NCBI GenBank assembly: GCA_012295275.1
Contig: CM022677.1
Span: 7,502,001-7,566,000, forward strand
Direction of reading: 5' to 3'
Origin: Chrysomallon squamiferum
Lineage: Eukaryota; Animalia; Mollusca
Length of the DNA stretch: 64,000 bases
The notes under the pieces: model-generated
Databases searched by the model: none
What the model saw: the letters and a program-made list of their open reading frames with translations, nothing else
What the model was told of the DNA's origin: nothing
Translations under genes and position numbers: made by a program
In this document: positions 60,618 to 64,000 of the stretch, in pieces
Layout: every line of letters begins with the position of its first letter
How positions within the stretch are numbered: position 1 is the stretch's first letter

Positions 60618-62756
60618 TGACTACAAAGATAAATAAATAAAACACTGTTGTTTTTCAGAATCTGCCCTGTACATAAGACGAGCTAATTTTGTGAGCCCAC
60701 CACAGGGTAGAAATGTCATCAAAGAATATGGCAGAACAGGAACATCTATAGAGGTTGTTGTTATAGTAGTAGCATTAGTCATTGCCATTGTTGTTGTAAT
60801 GTAGTTGTTGCAGCATTAGTACTTGTAATAATAATAAAACTTGTTGTAGTAATATAGAGTTGATCTTGGTGATGTTTTAGCTGATGATGTTGTCTACATA
60901 GCTTTGTAATAGTAATGTGTCTTGTGAGACTCATGGTGATTCAAATAAACTGCTTGTAGTCAAATTACAGGTTCTAGTGGTGGTGGTAGTAGTAGTAGCA
61001 GCAGTACTAATAGTAGTAAAAGTAGTCATAGTTGTTGTTGTAGTAATTATAATAATATTTGAATAAAGAAATACAGGCATAGGAGTAATAGTGAAGAGAG
61101 TAAAAAATTAACACTTTTATTATTAATGGATCGTAATTTTAGTAATAGGAGTATTATTTCAATAACAGTAACCCTAGTTGAATAAGGAATAATAGTAAAT
61201 TGTAGTTATAGTAATGATGGTAATAAAAGTAGCATGTAGTCTAGAGATAAATGTAGTAGTAGCAGTATTTTATTTATTTTATATATTTTTACAGTATTTT
61301 GTTTATTTATTTATTTATGTATTTATTTATTTACTCAAACTAGGCAGTGCACCCACCAATGTGACTCTGACTCAGAGATGTTTAAAGTTCTGCTGATGAA
61401 GAGCTCAGTTTTGGTGACCTGGACATTGAAGCCGACCACGTCAGATACAACAAATCTTAAGTTGGAGAGTCTTACACCAGGTCACCAGTATCAACAGTCA
61501 AAACTTGAATGTACTAAAACCAGGCAAAAAAAACATTAAAATGAAACCACTTGGCAGAAGACTGCGTGACAGTGGCAAAGACAAAAGCCTGGAAGTTGAG
61601 CAGCAGGTGACTTAGTATACTTCCATTAGCATTGTTTTATTTCTTTTTAGCTTATATTTGTTACAGGAGTAATCAAAACTGTTTTGTTTTTAACTCACAA
61701 AAATTACGAGAACTACATGGCTTAAGGAATGCTGTTGAGGTACATGTGAAATCATTTCATAAAGAAAAGCTATATTCATTTTGTTGAAGGTGGTTCTGAA
61801 TGAAAAATTCTTCTTTAGCTTTAATTATGTGATTCAAATTCATCTTTATTTTAGACATATTTGTTATTTCTCTAAAATATTTATATTTAATTTTTAATTT
61901 TATTTTTAATAATTACTTTATTTTATATATTTATTTTTAAAATACTGGGATTCAAAATTTCTCTGCATGTATATCACAACATTTAAATTAATAGCAGATA
62001 TAGATCTGACCTCCATTAAAGAATCTACTAGCAGAAATAATTAGTTCAGATATTGGATTAAAAGCCTTTCTTTAATTTTTATTTACGAATTTGTTTTTCT
62101 TTTTTTCTCTTTGAGATATACTCCTGTCACAGTTTTAGGCTCATCATAAATAATTATTAGTAGCAGGAAGTCAATAAAACAGTGACTTGTTCTGAAGTAA
62201 GTGGTCTGGTTATGTTTTATAATAATAAATAATGTGTTTAAGTACGTATGTTCTGTTTGGATGATTAGGATGTTAAAAAGATGATGGGTTAATTGCCCCA
62301 AAAATTGTATTTGGGCAACTTTTTTTTTTTCTTCTATATGTTTTAAAACAAGAGCCACTAATAATAATTTTATGGGAAATATTTTATTCACACAGACTTA
62401 GTGTAAATTGGTAGACTTCTCTTTATTGTGTTCTCTATAATGCATGCCTATAAAAATTATACTTTTAATCAAGGTTTTAACTCGTTAATTTTTGTGGTTG
62501 TTGCAGGCAAAGTATTTACCTTTTTAAAAGTTATTTTTGCTTCATCTGAATGTTACCATCATATCCAGATAAATAAAGTCAGTATTAAAACATTGTCAAA
62601 AAATAATTCATTTATAATTTACAAATAATTTCCCATGACTGAAATTTTTCTTCCCACAGATTTTATTGTGCAAGTTAATCAAATGCTTCTAGCCTGGAGT
62701 ATGTAAAAAAATAGACATTTAACTAATATACATTAAGATTTAGAATAATAAATTTG

Positions 62757-63028
62757 ATGCTTACTTTTTATTTATTATTATTTTTTTAAATTATTTTATT
62801 AGGTTTTCTTTCTGTATTTGTTTAAATGGAACATACAAAATCCACAAAATTGCCAGATTTGAACAAATAGTAGGAAACTGACTCATACATCATGCTTACT
62901 TTTTATTTATTATTATTTTTTTAAATTATTTTATTAGGTTTTCTTTCTGTATTTGTTTAAATGGAACATACAAAATCCACAAAATTGCCGGATTTGAACA
63001 AATAGTAGGAAACTGACTCATACATCAT
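62757..63028. repeat. Near-perfect tandem duplication of about 136 bp
   Basis: ATGCTTACTTTTTATTTATT...GGAACATACAAAATCCACAAAATTGCC.GATTTGAACAAATAGTAGGAAACTGACTCATACATCAT occurs twice back to back. Confidence 0.92.
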
Positions 63029-64000
63029 ACCAGATAGTTGTCTAAATACCACCAGCACAAACTTTGTCCAGCATTTCAGAGGATTTTCTTGACCAGCTTG
63101 GGTTAAAGACACAGGAAGACCTTTCAGGTAACTCAGATACAACACAGATCAGTAGATTTTATACTTAAAGATCTGAAGGTATAAAGGAATTTTTTGTGGT
63201 TTGAATTAATTATATCATAACATTTTAAATAGTTAAATATTTGTAAATAATTGGAATTCTCTTGATCTTTTGGGATTAAAAGATAATTATTCTGGATAAA
63301 TTTATTGTTGTAGCAAGATTATTAACTTATATATTTAATCAAATCTAAAATTAGATGTATAGAATCAGTTCTAAGTGTTCCAAAAAAGTAATGCAGCTTG
63401 TAATCAAAATGACTGAATTCACATGCCTAGTGGAGAGTGACATTAACAGTTTGTTATTAGAACTGAAAAGCCTTGGTATCTATTAGTAAACTAATAAATG
63501 ACAGAACTTATCAATTAGTTATTTAACTAAAATGCCTGTCATTTTTATAGGCTGGTGACAATGAATTATTTTCAATTTACAGGTGGAAACTGTCAAGTCC
63601 ATGTCAGATTGTGTATTTCTTTTAAACACTTGGTCAAAGACAGAGTTTTCAGATCTCACTCTCTCCCTTACAGTACAAGGCAGGTCAGTGCTGAAGATTC
63701 AGAGGAGAATTCACAATTTTATGGATTTCAGCTTTGAGAAATATTAGTGGTATTTGTATTATTATTATTATTATTATTATTACATTTTCATGTTATGTTT
63801 GTATTGCTTAACTTTAAAATATTTTGATCTAATCAGTGCATTTTTCTTATTTACTGTTAGAAAATCTTTCATAAAGAAATATTTTCACATATTTTTATGA
63901 ATTTAATTATAAAAAACATTTTTTTTTTTTAAATTGACCAGAATGTAAAATGTATAGTGATACTTTTTTATAGATATATATTTTTTGTTTAAATTATTTG

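Overview
AT-rich, microsatellite-dense animal DNA with spliceosomal introns; a mollusc or other lophotrochozoan origin is my inference. The main structure is a pair of long, collinear inverted arms (about 8400-12593 and about 46821-52376) enclosing about 34 kb of unrelated host genes. These are: a 5'-truncated, frameshifted ferrochelatase (+); an intact 16-exon SLC5A8/SMCT-like sodium:solute symporter (-, 644 aa, one GC-AG intron); a frameshifted ZDHHC24-like palmitoyltransferase (+) whose splice acceptor and start codon are amplified about 18 times as a 57-bp array; a 5'-truncated MCC fragment (+) with missing exons and a nonsense codon; and a RING/coiled-coil/NHL TRIM-like gene (-) with no B-box and a late premature stop. 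Left of the arms are decayed elements (LINE ORF1-like, KRBA2/SCAND3-type integrase, possible piggyBac tail) and minisatellites. A Tigger derivative lies inside the right arm, and a decayed hAT-like transposase plus unassigned exon-like islands lie to its right. All alignments were done by eye and protein identities come from recalled motifs; no searches were run.
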